Below, piece by piece: positions 38,803 through 52,710 of a DNA stretch of 64,000 bases. The notes under the pieces were generated by a model. It was given only the letters and a program-made list of their open reading frames with translations. It had not been told where the DNA came from and ran no database searches. The first letter of the stretch is position 1. Every line of letters starts with the position of its first letter. This stretch comes from Octopus sinensis. Its lineage: Eukaryota. The position numbers were made by a program, and so were the translations under genes. The stretch is from NCBI RefSeq assembly GCF_006345805.1, contig NC_042998.1, forward strand, positions 96,968,001-97,032,000, written 5' to 3'.

Positions 38803-38874
38803 AGATTCATATTGATGCATTCTTTCTAAAGCATCGACCAGCAATTTGTCTTTCTCAAGTGCATCATTTTCAGC
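38803..38874 (-). CDS. CEP290: CEP290 coding exon 13
   Basis: AENDALEKDKLLVDALERMHQYES|gtgagt; matches AEADAREKDKELVEAL. Confidence 0.92.
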
Positions 38875-40018
38875 CTAGAGAAGAGTACACATTTTTTAGA
38901 AATATGGTTTTATTAAATCTTACTTCAATGAAAAATGTATTCCTCTCAGTGTAAAAACAAAATCTGAGGTAAACAACTGCACAATGACCCAGACTGGTAC
39001 ATATATCCTTTTATTGAACTACAGTGATAAGTTTCCTGTAATATTGTACAATCATAATATTATAATACCTTATTAATATTTGGAAAGGGCGTAATCCATA
39101 TCATCAACTTCTTGAATGTTCCAAATTTAATATTCCAAATATAATTATAATTCTTTCAGAAAATCATCCAGCATATATTGTTTTAAAAGCATTATCAAAG
39201 AAGATGAAATTAAAGATCTATCATTTTAGTTTTGCTTTCTGAAATTTCTATTCATTCCCTTTTTCTATATTCTATTTTGAGCTATATCATACCCAACTGG
39301 GTGAATTATTCAATACAATAAGCACAATATAGCAAATATATTTCATTTTCTATTCTAAAAATATAGTATTCCATTAAAGTATTTCATTAAAAGAAAGTCT
39401 GTTCCTAAATGTACATGAATCCAAAGGCTGAACAGTTCAAGAAAATTAATTAAGCTATTTATGGTAATGAATAATTATGAGATGTAATAAAACCTATGTG
39501 AAAATGGTTGTAATTTTGTTATAAACTGTAGCCTGTATAAGATTAAATCTAAGAACTGAGATGATAAGTGAATATTTACTCTTTTACTTGTTTCAGTCAT
39601 TTGACTGCAGCCATGCTGGATCACCGCCTTCAGTTGAGAAAACTGACTCCGGGACTTATTCTTTGTAAGCCTAGTACTTATTCTATCGGTCTCTTTTGCC
39701 GAACCGCTAAGTTACAGGGACGTAAACACACCAACATCAGTTGTCAAGCAATGTTGGGGGGACAAACACAGACACACAAACACACACACACATATATATA
39801 TATATACAACGGGCTTCTTTCAGTTTCCGTCTACCAAATCCACTCACAAGGCTTTGGTTGGCCCGAGGCTGTAGTAGAAGACACTTGCCCAAGGTGCCAC
39901 ACAGTGGGAATGAACCCAAAACCATGCGGTTGGTAAGCAAGCTACTTACCACACAGCCATTCCTGTGCCTGGTATCTTAAAATAAACCCAAATAAAAATA
40001 TAATTTGATTTAACAAAC

Positions 40019-40116
40019 CTCTTTAACTGATTTTTCAGCATCTTTCAAAAGCTTATCTTTATTTGACATCTGAATTTCAAGTTCTTTCAATTTTTTATGT
40101 AAATGGTCTTTTGGTT
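40019..40116 (-). CDS. CEP290: CEP290 coding exon 12
   Basis: PKDHLHKKLKELEIQMSNKDKLLKDAEKSVKE; 98 nt, phase fits. Confidence 0.85.
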
Positions 40117-40204
40117 CTGCAAAGATAGATAATTTGAACAAGTTGTCAGAAGACATTAAACAAATTATACAGATAATTTGTATAGCTCATTAAAAAATAT
40201 AAAA

Positions 40205-41060
40205 TTATCATCATTATTTAATGTCCATTTTCCATGTTGGCATGGGTTGGATGGTTTGACATGGAGCTGGCCAGCTGAAGAGCAACCTGGGCTCCATGTC
40301 TGATTTGGCATGGTCTCTATGGTTGGACGCCTTTCCTAACACCAGTGGGTGCATTTACATGGCACTGGTACAAGTGCTTTTTATATGGCACCAGCACCCC
40401 CAAGCCCTCAACATTAGGAATGCTCAACTGGAGAGGGAAGCAGGGGACATGCCTCTATGCAAGTACAACCACAATTTTACTTAGCTTGCCATGTCTTCTC
40501 AAACAGCAAATTGCCAGGAGTCATGGTCCCTTGTCATTCCCTCTGAGAGACCTAACATCTGAAGATCCTTTGTCACCACGTTATCTCACATCTTCCTAGC
40601 CTACTCCTTCCACATGTTCCCTCCACAATTAGAGAGTAGCACCTCTTGATGCAACTGTCTTCATTCATACACATTACATGGCCATACCAGTATCGTCTTC
40701 TCTTTTGCATGCTATATTCAATGCCTCGTATACCCAATTTTTCTCGCAAATCACTTACACTCTGTCATATATACACACTGGCAATACCCATCCGGCAGAG
40801 CATACTGGCTTCATTTCTTTCAAGCCTTCGCATATCCTCAGTAGTCACAGCCCACATCTCACTACCATGTAGCATAGCTGTTTATATACAGGCATCATAC
40901 AATCTGCCTTTCACTCTAAAAGAGAGGCCCTTCATTACTAACAGAGGTAGTAGCTCTCTGAACTTTTCCCAGCCTATTCTTATTCTAGCAGCTATGCTTT
41001 CAGAACAACCTCCACTACTACTAACTTTATCACCTTAGTAACAGAAACTGTCTCCTACTT
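40205..41060 (-). mobile_element. RTE LINE 3' portion (decayed)
   Basis: 40650-41060 is similar to RT C-terminus 23.9-24.3 kb and is followed by the tail. Confidence 0.8.
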
Positions 41061-41180
41061 CTAAGGATACCCTCCTGATATTTGAGGGAATCAATTTGTA
41101 CATTCCTGGTGTTTAATGTACCTGCAGAATGGGATACTAGTATATCTCATGTGACATTGTTTAATACATATGATGTAGAT

Positions 41181-41429
41181 CAGTGGTTCTCAACCATTTT
41201 TTTACTTATGGACCCTTTTGGTGCCTGTTTTATTTGGATGGACCTTCATAACCAATGTTTAAAAAACCCTATGTTTTTTATAATTCAATATTATTAGGAA
41301 TTGTATTTTAAAAAATTGTTAAAATATTCTGTATATAGAAGTATAACCATTTCATTGCATACAAATTTTTAAGAACAAAATTTTATATGAACCCCCAAGA
41401 ATCATATAGACCATGTTTGAGAACCAGTG
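41181..41429. mobile_element. hAT-type MITE
   Basis: Termini CAGTGGTTCTCAA / TTGAGAACCAGTG (one mismatch); TSD not evident. Confidence 0.7.
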
Positions 41430-42654
41430 TGGCAGACAGTTGAATGATTAACCCTTTAGCATTTAAACTAGCCATATCCAGCCTAAATATTCTACCTGTT
41501 TTATGTTCAAGCTGGCTAAATTCAGCCTCTCACATTTACTCTACAATGTTGTTCTAAAAATAAACAATCACATCATCGAAATCTTGAAGTTATGAGATAA
41601 TACATGGTTAATTCAAAACAATGTGAATAAATAAGCAGTACATTTGACAGAGTAATCTGAATGCTACAAGACTAGACTAATTGCTCAAATGATCATGTGT
41701 TCAAATCTACTGAGCATTCATTGTGCCTCCAACTAATTTCCTATCTAACTAATTCCCTACCTAATAGAAAAGGAATAGAAGTTAGGTAGCAGATCATCTG
41801 AGAATGTTACCAATAAAAGAACGACTAGCAACTTATCCACAATTAACTTGTCAGATAAAATTCATTCAGAATTTCTGAAGACTTTTTACTTCCTCCACTC
41901 ATTCTTTCCAATGCCAATGGTACAGGATGTACCCACTCCATGCTATAAATTGGTTTGTGATCAGAAAGGCATCCAGTCAGAAACATGATACACACACCAA
42001 GATGGTTAGGTTTTCCTTTTTGTGGCATGTGCCAGATGACAGAGGACTGCCAGACAGAGTGTGATGCTGTGATTACCTATTCAACCTATACCAGTATCTA
42101 AAATGATGAAGAGGATTGACAAAAATTTAAATGTCAGCCATCTATGTATCATACTATCATACTAAGAGGACTGTTTTAAGTAATAAAAACAACTGCACTC
42201 TTTTCAAAATTAGTTTTGTGATCAAAGAAGAATTTCGGTAATTTTTCACATCATCACACTCCTGGAGTGATTGGCATTAGGAAAGGCATCCAGCTGTAGA
42301 AATCATGCCAAATCAGACTGGAACCTGGTGCAGCTCTCAAGCTCATCAGCTACAGTCAAACCGTCTGACCCATGCCAGCATGGAGAGCAGATGTTAAATG
42401 ATGATGATTTTTCTTAACATTATCAGCAAATGTCATTAAAGACAAAGTATGTACTCATAGCCAGTCTAGATGTCAATGAAAAAGCTCAAAAGGGCTTAAA
42501 TATATCAGGTGTTCTTGCTGGACACTGCTGGGTTGATTTTTTTCATCTTCCTTTGATATTGTGTTTTTAATATAGTACATCCATAAGAGATGTTATCTAA
42601 GGATGAATGCTGCAGTAATTGGCCTGTCAACGATGTGTATACATTAAGTATGAT

Positions 42655-43061
42655 CAGGGCTGGATTAAGACCCATAGAGGCCCTAAGCACTTAAAAGATT
42701 GTGGTGTCCCCATATATATGTAATTCAAAATTAAACAATAACAAACTATAAAATAAATTTTTATTTTTCAAGATGAAACAAAACTAACAGTAAGATGGAA
42801 AATAATGTTCCACTTTATTTATATTTGAAAAAATTTCTCCTACTTTTTTTAATTACAAAATCTCTGATCAGATCCTCACACTATGACACAAAGAACACTT
42901 CAAAATTATATTTCCAATCACATAAACCTCTTCAAATATTATATTAGAAAGTTTAAAGTATTTTCTTTTGTGCTGTAAACTATTTATCATTTCTGTGGTG
43001 CCCCACTTTCCCTTGATGCCCTAAGCACATGCTTATTTTGCTTAATGGTTAATCCAGTGTG
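42655..43061. mobile_element. hAT-type MITE with 8-bp TSD
   Basis: TIR CAGGGCTGGATTAA / TTAATCCAGTGTG; flanks agtatgat / agtataat (one mismatch). Confidence 0.8.
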
Positions 43062-43188
43062 AGTATAATACATAGATGTAGTCGTTGGCCTATCAATGAT
43101 GTTGATAAATTAAGTATGATATATCAATTACTACTGCCTCAATAGCATATATTGGATTTAAATGCCAATTATTTTAAGGTTAGCTTAC

Positions 43189-43306
43189 TTTTGCTCAGGT
43201 CATTCTTCAAATCTTCCATAATGGCTGCATTTGCATTCATTTCTGTTGTTAGATTCTTTATCTCTTCAGTCAACTCATAAATTTGTTGATCTCGTTCTTC
43301 TACCAC
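43189..43306 (-). CDS. CEP290: CEP290 coding exon 11
   Basis: VVEERDQQIYELTEEIKNLTTEMNANAAIMEDLKNDLSK|gtaag; ends phase 1. Confidence 0.92.
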
Positions 43307-44307
43307 CTAAAGTAATAAATGAACAATTCATGCATACTAACAGTTTACTGAAAAACAAACCACACACACACACAAATACATAGAGTAAACCTAAGAAAAA
43401 TGGATCCTTGTTGGTTATAAAAATGATTATTCAGTTGTTAGATTAACTAAGCTACATGCTTGTTGAATTAGCATGTTAGAAGCTCAGTATCATATAGACA
43501 CATGTATCCTGCTAATCAGTAAGTGTCCCATTGTTATACTTTCATTCTGATGTTTTATATATGTATACACACACACATACATTGGATAAATTTAAGGAAA
43601 ATATTTGCAAAAAACAGGTGTTAGTTCATTATTGACAGGATGACTTCATAAATCATCATCATAGTTTTACAGTTTTAACATCTTCTTATTCAACACTAGC
43701 ATGGATCAGATAAGATTCACTTAGGCATGGTTTTTCTCTGACTAGATACCGTTCTTGTCACCAACACTCACTTCTTTCCAAATAAGGTGCTATTTCCCTA
43801 AGTCTTCCAAACAACAAAAAGCTCAATTGCCAGACTTGTTTTTGCATTAGATGTAAACCAAGACATCATCTATTGTTTACAAAGTATACAAACAATGTGA
43901 AGAAAATAAGAAGACACTTTCTCTCTCTCACATGCACACACAATGCATGCTTACATATATACATATACAATGGACTTCATTCAGTTTCTATCTACCAATT
44001 CCACCTACAAGGTATAGTCATCAGTAGATTGTAGCAGAAGTCATCAGCCCACCCTACTTCACAGTGAGCCCTAAACCACATGGTTGTAGAATAAAACATT
44101 AAGTGAAAGAACAGCAAAACATTTAAGATTGAACCTTCATATTAACTTATTAAGCCATACTAATGCAAATGCTAAGAAATTATCAAATATAAAAACGTTT
44201 ACAGTTGGTTTTCTTTTAAAACACATTGCTTTTAACAGAAAATCAAACTTGATACAGCAGAACATACCATAATCATAACCAAACAGCATATAATACACAC
44301 TGCTTAC

Positions 44308-44430
44308 CTTTGTCAGAGCAACTAATGAAGCACGATCAGCATCTAAATTTACTGCTTCCAACTGTTTACGAAGATGCATGATTTCTTCTTGACAACTAAT
44401 GATGTCTCTGTCTTTTTCTATAAGAATTTT
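44308..44430 (-). CDS. CEP290: CEP290 coding exon 10
   Basis: KILIEKDRDIISCQEEIMHLRKQLEAVNLDADRASLVALTK|gtaag; LDAD motif. Confidence 0.9.
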
Positions 44431-45326
44431 CTGTAAAGGAACAAAATTCTCCAGATAATTATTTATGAAGCTTACTTTGCCAATAGTTTAAGTCTGCACC
44501 TAAAAACGGTAACAGCAGCATTTGAACCAAAAATGCAAAGAGCCAGAACAAATACAACAAGGAATTTCCCCAGATGCTCTAATAATGTCCAGTACCATAT
44601 GATGAAAGACATCTCAACTAGACTGAGCCTATCTTTCACCTATTTTCAAGGAACCCAAACCACAATGTCTAATATATTATTTTTTAATACAGTGGAGTGT
44701 GATTTGAAAGGAATATTCAATCTCTATTTCTGAGAACTCCCTTGTTAGTTCAGGCTATGAAGTTAAGCTTCTAAGGTTATGAAATGGTCCACAATTTAAA
44801 CTTAGTAATAGCCAAGGTAGCCTAAGAGCACACAATTTCAGTTTGTTCTACCAATCAATCTAACTAACAACAGATTTCATTTTAACATCTTGATAATGAT
44901 TAAGTAATTAGTAGAAAGTGGAGGGGTATCCAACTATAAAAATATTTTGTCCAAGCAATATGAAAATGTCTAAATTTGAAAACATCATCCTAGAAACGGA
45001 AATATGGATGTAAACATTAAAAAAAAAAACCTAAAAAATAAATTGATGGGTTCCAATTGACTTGTTGCAGTAATACTGAGATCAAACTCATCATTAAGTA
45101 AAAATTGAAGTATATAATTAACTTATGAATTCATAGCTAACATACTTTACAGATGAATAAAAAAGAAATATTAAATCATTTGTAGAAGAGAAAACATTGG
45201 TTATAATATTTAATATAATGGCAAATATGCAGTAGAAAATGACTGAGAATTTCATTTCTCAACATGTCTATAAAACAGTCAGTATAAAGAACAATGTTTG
45301 GTAAAATTCAATGAATAATTATTTAC

Positions 45327-45416
45327 CCTCCATTCGTTCACTTTTTCATTCACTGCTAACATGACAGAATCATCAGAATCTGATCTGACTTGCAACCTCT
45401 CCATTAAATCAGTAAG
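45327..45416 (-). CDS. CEP290: CEP290 coding exon 9
   Basis: LTDLMERLQVRSDSDDSVMLAVNEKVNEWR; matches DDPIMVAVNAKVEEWK. Confidence 0.92.
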
Positions 45417-45698
45417 CTGAAAAAATAAATACATATCAAAGTGAAAAAAAAGAGAAGAAATAAAAAACATTGCAATGTTCTCCATATGCATATTTTAATT
45501 TAATATCGCATAAGCTAGATAAACATCAATATTTGTTTCAAATTGTAGCACAAAGGCCAGCAGTTTCAGGAGATGGAGCAAGTCAATTACATCGACCCCA
45601 GAGCTCAGCTGGTACTTATTTTATTGTATATATATGAATGCATATATGTATGTATACCATCATCATTTAACATCTGCCTTCCATGCTGGCATGGGTGG

Positions 45699-45739
<41 letters not shown>

Positions 45740-45742
<3 letters not shown>

Positions 45743-46070
45743 CCCCTCGGTCACAACACAGACCATGGGATTGCACCTAGAAAGTTACCCTCCAAGGCAC
45801 AAGTCCAGGCAAGGTTGTTTATGGAGGACCAGCAGTCGCCCATGCATACCAGCCTCCCCTCTGCACGCCAACAGTGTTATCCAAGGGAAAGGCAAAGGCC
45901 GATACAGCTTGGCACCTGTGACATCGCAACTCATTTCTACAGCTGAGTGAACTGAAGCAACATGAAATAAACTGTCTTGCTCAAGAACACAACATGCAGC
46001 CCGGTCTGGGATTCGAGCTCACAACCTCACGATCGTAAGCTCGACGCTCTAACCACTGAGCCATGTGCCT
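45740..46070 (-). mobile_element. tRNA-derived SINE family D (CORE-like; partial copy ~12805-13000; related ~62380-62570 and ~62920-63140)
   Basis: Head GGCTCAGTGGTTAGAG...GCTCGAATCC, then 'tgtgttcttgagcaagac'. Confidence 0.8.
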
Positions 46071-46072
46071 TC

Positions 46073-46115
<43 letters not shown>

Positions 46116-46159
46116 GAAGGTTGAAAAGGAAAACATGAGTTGATATGTATCAGCAAAAT

Positions 46160-48447
46160 AAGACAAGGTAGAAAATGATAAAATAATATTATCATGAAGA
46201 ATATTTTAGTACCGGTTACAGTCTTTGCAACTTTTTCAACTTAGAGTAAAGCATGAAAAACAATTAAATAGTGGCAAAATTAAATGAAATGGTTTTTTTT
46301 AAATATTTCCATCATTTTCAAATACAAGAGATATCTTTCTTTTTTCTGTGTGTGTCGCTCTCTCTCTCTCTCTCTCAGAGTCCCTATTCCTAATGACCTC
46401 AAATTAAGACCTATAATAGCAGGTCCCGCAGGTGAAACCCATCACCTCAGTAGCTTTTTAGATACCCTCTTAATACCATTCCTCACGCATATCAAAAGCC
46501 ACATAAAGGACAACCTAGATATGCTCAATCACCTCCCTAAAATAATAAACAAAAACACTCTACTAGTATCCTTCAATGTAGTCAACCTCTATTCTAATAT
46601 CTCCCACAGCCTAGGAATAAAGGCAATTCAATTCTGGCTAAAGAATTACTCCAATGAACTCCCACATCACATCAATAAAGAATTCATAATAGAAAGGCAA
46701 AAATTCATCTTGGAGAATAACTTCTTTATCTTCAAAGACAATTTCTATCGACAAAAATCTGGGACTGCGATTAGTATGAGAATGCCCCCCACCCCTCTTT
46801 TGCTAACCTAGTCATGGGATATCTAAAAATCAGTCTTTATCATAAGGTAGTAGAAAAATACCGCAACCCATTCTCCCTCTACATAGAAAATAACTGGAAG
46901 AGGTATCTGGATGACTGTTTCATTCTTTGGCATGAAAGTATAGAGAGACTTAAAGAATTTCAAGCATTTATAAATGGACTTGACGTAAACAGTCAATTTA
47001 CGATGGAATATAGCCATCAACAACTTCTATTCCTTGACATCCTCAGTATGAAATTCAACAAAATAGAAACAGATATATACTATAAGCCCACAGACTCCAA
47101 GCAATATCTACTGTTCAACTCATGCCACCCCAGACACACTAAAATGAATATCCCCTTCAATCTAGCAAAAAGGATTTGTACTATAGTTTCTAATACAGAC
47201 ACCAGGGACACATGACTACATGAACTGAAGGATACACTCATTACCAGGAACTACCCACCATCACTAATTGATATAGGCTTTCAACATGCCCTACAACTCA
47301 ACATCCATGAACACAGATATCCCAAACAAAAGAAGGATTTACAACTCCTTAACAATGAAGCCTTCAACACCATTCTCCAGATTATTCCTCTACTAAAAAG
47401 GGACCACAGAATGAATTTAATCCTCCAAACACACACCATCATAAAGAGCAAAAGGCAACCCAAATCTATGAAGTCTCCTAACACAAGCCCAAGTATACTC
47501 GACAACCATACTGAAGCCATCAGTAAAAAAATGCAGAAGACCTAACTGTGGTATATTTGTCAACTTAACTGAGGGATCAGAGTTCTCTTTCAAACAGTGA
47601 AAGACAACTTCACATGTGTTTCAGAAAACCTAATATATGTATTAACTTGCTTAAGGTGTCAAGAGCAATACATAGGCCAAACCAAAAACAGTCTCTGTCA
47701 AAGGATGACTCTACACAGATCCCAGATCAAAATTAGGGAATACAGAAAAATAGCATTCAACGAACACATCAACATTTGTGCCACTAACAAACAACCCAGC
47801 TTCAGAATTTTTCCCCTCTATAAATTCAGGGATGAGACCACCTATAATCAGCGCATTAGCAAAGAGTCATATTTTATCACAAAATATAGACCCCTTTTGA
47901 ATGTATCCATCATAAATGACACTACTACAAGGGCCTTAGAATAATACCCACACAAATATTAAAAATGATATATTCAGAACAGTCATTACCCATGAATTTA
48001 TTCAGAACAATTTTAATCACTACTATTACAACCACAACAGGTCACTTGATCATTTAAGAGGATTCCACCGACATCCTAGTACTGTCATACGACTCCCGTA
48101 TTTTACTTATTCTTTCTCTTCTTTTTCTACTCCCTCTTCTTCTTCTTCACCACCTCCTTCCTCAGCTACTGCTGCTTAAACAATCAAAACCAAGAAATCA
48201 TATCAAATATTCTTTTAAGACTGCTACTACCTACTACCAAGCTTTCACAAGAGTAAAAAAGAGAGACAGAAAAAAGAAAAAAGTACCTTGTATTTGAAAA
48301 CTCTGGAAATATTTTTAAAAAACATTTCATTTAATTCTGTTTTTCATGCTTTACTCTAAGTTGAAAAAGTTGCAAAGACTGAAACCGGCACTAAAATGTT
48401 CTTCATGATAAAATTATTTTAGCATTTTCTACCTTGTTTTATTTTCC
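46160..48447 (+). mobile_element. Penelope-like element: RT plus GIY-YIG (46380-47944, frameshifted), 3' terminal repeat and inverted 5' copy
   Basis: LRPIIAGP, LVSFNVVNLYSNI, YRQKSGTA, WKRYLDDCF, FLDI, SCHPRHTK, NLIYVLTCLRCQEQYIGQT; ~46160-46350 is an inverted copy of ~48262-48447. Confidence 0.93.
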
Positions 48448-48448
48448 T

Positions 48449-48495
<47 letters not shown>

Positions 48496-48600
48496 TTATA
48501 ATATATTGGTTCCAAATTTTGGCTCAAAGTCAGCAATTTTGGGGTAGATGTACATATTTTCACATATTTTTTATAGTTTCAGAAAAATATTTAAACTAAC

Positions 48601-48669
48601 CTGGCTTTTCATTATTATATTCTCTTCTTTCAATCTATCATTGACATTATCACCATCATCAACAATTTT
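48601..48669 (-). CDS. CEP290: CEP290 coding exon 8
   Basis: KIVDDGDNVNDRLKEENIIMKSQ|gttagt; 69 nt. Confidence 0.85.
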
Positions 48670-49554
48670 CTGTACAAATAGATATTAGATAAATATTATA
48701 GTCAACCCTTAGAGACATTTATGTATGGAATAGTTTCTGAAACAATTATGCATAGAATAGTTACAACCAAGAAACTGAAGACACAAAATCAATAATGGCT
48801 ATATTACTTACAAATCACCAGTTTTTGTCCAACCACCAAAGTTAAGCAACACAAAATCAATTACCATGCAGATTTTGTATTTAATTTGAATCTTCAATCT
48901 ATTATATTTCCTCTCAGCATTACATTCTATGATAACTTTTCTCTATTTTTTAAATGTCTTTTATATTTAGTTCTGATTATTTTTGTAATGTATGTGTAAT
49001 GTAAGTGGCAAATATATATTCTAGGCTTTCACATTAACTTTGAAAAATCATTTTCGCATAGCAGTAAAAATAAACAGTCTTTTAGTGTGGCATGAAGCAA
49101 ACGCTAACTATCCTTCATTGATGTACTTCAAAATTGAACATGTCTATTGTTTGTAGTTTTCAATCACAAGCCAAAGTATTTTGACGAGGCACATAAACAT
49201 GTTCCTTGAATCTATTCCCTGATAAACATGACTCCTGATGAACTTTTGGGCATGATATGAGACCGCAGGGCCATTCTAACTTTGAATAATACCAAGTTAA
49301 TTCCACAACAGATAGTGAAATTACAACAGTGGACAGTTGGACAATAATACTACTGCATTGAGTATTTATCTCAAGGATTTTATTTAAAGTTTTACTCAGC
49401 CATTGCATAAATTTATTCATACACTGATAGGAACTTCCTTCAAATATATTTGAATATATAACAACACTGAATGGAAGATACCACGAGAAAATGTTTTGAT
49501 TTCTTTACCAAAATTCCAAACAATTGTTAGGAGTATAAATTTAATATAAATTAC

Positions 49555-49668
49555 CTTAAGTCTTAAATAATCTTCAGTTGTTTGATCAATATCTTTGACA
49601 GCTTCTGCCAACTTTTTGGTCAGTTTTTCAACTTGCTCTTTCAGTTCTTCATTAGCATCAGTTAAATT
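49555..49668 (-). CDS. CEP290: CEP290 coding exon 7
   Basis: NLTDANEELKEQVEKLTKKLAEAVKDIDQTTEDYLRLK; AG/GT. Confidence 0.92.
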
Positions 49669-50438
49669 CTGTGTAAATAAAAATAGAAATCTGAAATTAT
49701 GTTATTTGTCTTACTTCAAGAAAAGTAGGAGCAATCAACAGCCTCAAGAAATAAATTGATATAGATTAGAGAAAGGGGTATGAGATTTGTTTCTAAGAGA
49801 GATGCATTAGGTATTGCTTCTGTTTTAGTTGTGTCAAAATTTGAACAATGTTCATAGATATTGATGTGGAAGAGAAATAATTATCAAACAGATTGTTAAT
49901 TAGATTCTCAATTAAACACTGTCATGACTTTGATACCATATTTTTGGTGAGGGTAGGAATGAAAAAATTAAGATTTTTTTTTTAAATTGCAAATGACCAC
50001 AATATCTATCCTCGTATACAGAATTAAAAATCATGGTAAAGTCTCATTCTGTAGACCAAGATGGTTGTTTTAGTTACTTTTCATGGTTTCCATTTTATAT
50101 TTTTGTTTGCATTATAACAAAATGTCATTAATGACAAAGTATTTTAACAAAGTTTGAAAGCCTCTTTAAATTAATCATTTTTCAACTCTGCAGTATGCCA
50201 TATTATTTTATCTATATTTTTTTTAATAAGATTTTGTCCCAAACAAGGCTTGAGACCACTGAAGCATAAGATAAAGAAGGGGCTTACAAATTCAAAAGAC
50301 GTTACTTGACATAAAAAATGAAGGATTGAGTATCATAGACCAGAGGAAAACAAGACAATGGTAGTAAGTTCCAGAGAGCAGCAGTTCAAGGAAAGAAAGT
50401 ATTAGAGTAAAAGGACTTCAAAGTAGAGATACTTAAAC

Positions 50439-50591
50439 CTGTAATTCTTCCATTGCCTCACCAAGCTGTCGATTCTTTTGTAATACTTTTTCTTTATATT
50501 CCAGATCTCCTTCTTTCTGATGCAATAAATTATCTCTTTGAGATTGCAGCTGCATTTTATAGTCACTGATGTCCTGTCTCATTTGGTCATT
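50439..50591 (-). CDS. CEP290: CEP290 coding exon 6
   Basis: NDQMRQDISDYKMQLQSQRDNLLHQKEGDLEYKEKVLQKNRQLGEAMEELQ; AG/GT. Confidence 0.92.
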
Positions 50592-51018
50592 CTAGAAGTA
50601 TAAAATTGTATCTTAAAACAAATACAAGTTCTATTACAAAATAAAACATAGTAAAGATGAGAAATGTAGTAAAAAAACTGAACTTGATGCTCTATGGTAA
50701 AAATAACTTTCTATCTTATATTTCTCCTCATTTGATAAAAAAGACCAGGTAAAATCTGAGGTTCCCATATAAAACAAGGCTAATTAGAATACATCAAAGA
50801 GAAATTTTGACATAGTTAGTGATGTAAAACATATTTTTAAATATTCCCATCTATACAAGAAAGTACTGGTTAGATCTAAGAATAAGAATATAAAATAGGA
50901 AGTGTGAACTGTTTCTAATGTTTGATAGTGGCCTTAATGAATGTAGCAGTTTTTAGTGAAATAGAACAATGCATGAAATAGACTTAAATCCAATACAAAA
51001 AGAATTTGTTTTTCTTAC

Positions 51019-51060
51019 TTCTTGTCGCAGAACACTCTTCTCTCTGTCAAGATCAATGAT
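51019..51060 (-). CDS. CEP290: CEP290 coding exon 5
   Basis: cag|IIDLDREKSVLRQE|gtaag; 42 nt. Confidence 0.8.
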
Positions 51061-51159
51061 CTGTGAATTATACTGAAAGTAAAAAAAGAATGTCTTTCAT
51101 ATATGATGATGATACATTAGTTTGATACCAGCTACATATACACTAGTATATGTATATAT

Positions 51160-51609
51160 GTGTGTGTGTGTGTGATTTTAAAATATAAATAAAATAAGAT
51201 TTAAATATAAATAATATATATATATATATATATATATAGGAGAAAAAGGAAAAATATACTTATATACATATATAAGAATATATAAAATGATATACACATA
51301 TTTGTTGGATGGCTGTTAACTACTGAAGAGTTCCTCCACCAACTACTCTGCCTATATATCTGAGCACACCTGTCAATGCTGTGTATGCCATAAGCTCTGC
51401 AAATCTAACAGAGGCCTCAAAAGACATTTTAAGATCTACATGGATCAGAACTTAACTGCAGCTCTTGGTGGTCCAAATTGGATATGCAATCTATGTGGGT
51501 GTTTTTTCAATACACTGTCTGGTTTAAAAAGCCACATCAGGAGCCATGATGGATCTAAGATGTAAGTACAAGAGGTGGTCAGATTCTGCATACGGAGTAG
51601 ATAACCACC

Positions 51610-51643
<34 letters not shown>

Positions 51644-51979
51644 CTATTTGGACTTTGGATATATGTCTATTAGTATGTTGGTTAAAGCACATTCACTGTT
51701 TGGGCTACCTGATGTCATCCTACAACCACCAAATTATTCTATTTTCTGTCTGTGCACGAATGTACAATGAGCAAAAACAATATGCCAAAGAGAACGCAGT
51801 ACATCTAGCAGGATACCTTTTTTCACACCAAGTACCTGAAGTGACACAGCCTGCACGGATTGATGCAACACAACTAGATGCAAAATATCCTACTCCAATG
51901 GGACAGCTGCAGAATAGGTTGAAATGGTCATTGTGCTGAATAAAGATTCATACTAAATCCATCTTCCATTTCCTTCATC

Positions 51980-52049
<70 letters not shown>

Positions 52050-52710
52050 TTTTACTAAAGCTGCAAAATTATCACAAAACTGTTACTCAGAGTTTCACGT
52101 TCTTGTTCATCAGACAGTTGTGATGAGTTTTCATCACAACTGTCTCATAAATGACAACATGAAACAGTTTGGGGATAATTTTGCAGCTTTAATAAAAGCA
52201 TACTACTCTACCTTTGGTATTCGAGTACTATTTTTTCCAGCTTGTTTTGCACTTACATACTCACCTGTATATATCATCATCATCATACATGCATACATAT
52301 ATATATATATATTATATATATATATATATATATAAATTTGACTCTTATTTCTAGCAATGCAGGTACCACTTTGTACCCTCTGTCACCTTAGTGATGTCTA
52401 CAAATTTACCTTTAGGTTGTTAAATTGTTAATAAGCCACCAATATTATTTATAGCTTTCACTTCTACCACTTTTTAAATCAGCACATGTTTTCAACGTTT
52501 TTTCTTATAAGTTGATGTGGTGAGTTGAGCTTAACCCTAGGTGCAATAAAAGCCACTGATGTGTGTGTGTGTGTGTGTGTGTGTGATTTTAAAATATAAA
52601 TAAAATAAGATTTAAATATAAATAATATATATATATATATATATATATAGGAGAAAAAGGAAAAATATACTTATATACATATATAAGAATATATAAAATG
52701 ATATACACAT
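51160..52710. repeat. Local direct duplications (51160-51299 = 52571-52710; ~52340-52445 similar to ~52825-52935)
   Basis: First pair is identical by eye including (TA)n length; second pair is diverged. Confidence 0.85.
51368..51610 (+). mobile_element. 3' end of an RTE-like LINE with two C2H2-type fingers
   Basis: CHKLCKSNRGLKRH...CNLCGCFFNTLSGLKSHIRSH, stop at 51563-51565, short UTR, then (TG)n. Confidence 0.7.

Noticed and set aside
44308-44417. Shorter acceptor for exon 10 at 44418-44419
   Set aside because: Incompatible with the phase-0 donor of exon 9; the acceptor at 44431-44432 restores frame and homology.
48355-48400. Intact hammerhead in the PLE 3' terminal repeat
   Set aside because: The core reads TTGAAAA instead of CTGANGA and there is no valid NUH after GAAACCGG; degenerate.
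50592-51018. Microexon equivalent to the short NKRLKKK-like stretch I recall in vertebrate CEP290
   Set aside because: No AG/GT-bounded, frame-preserving candidate was found by eye; exons 5 and 6 join in frame without it.
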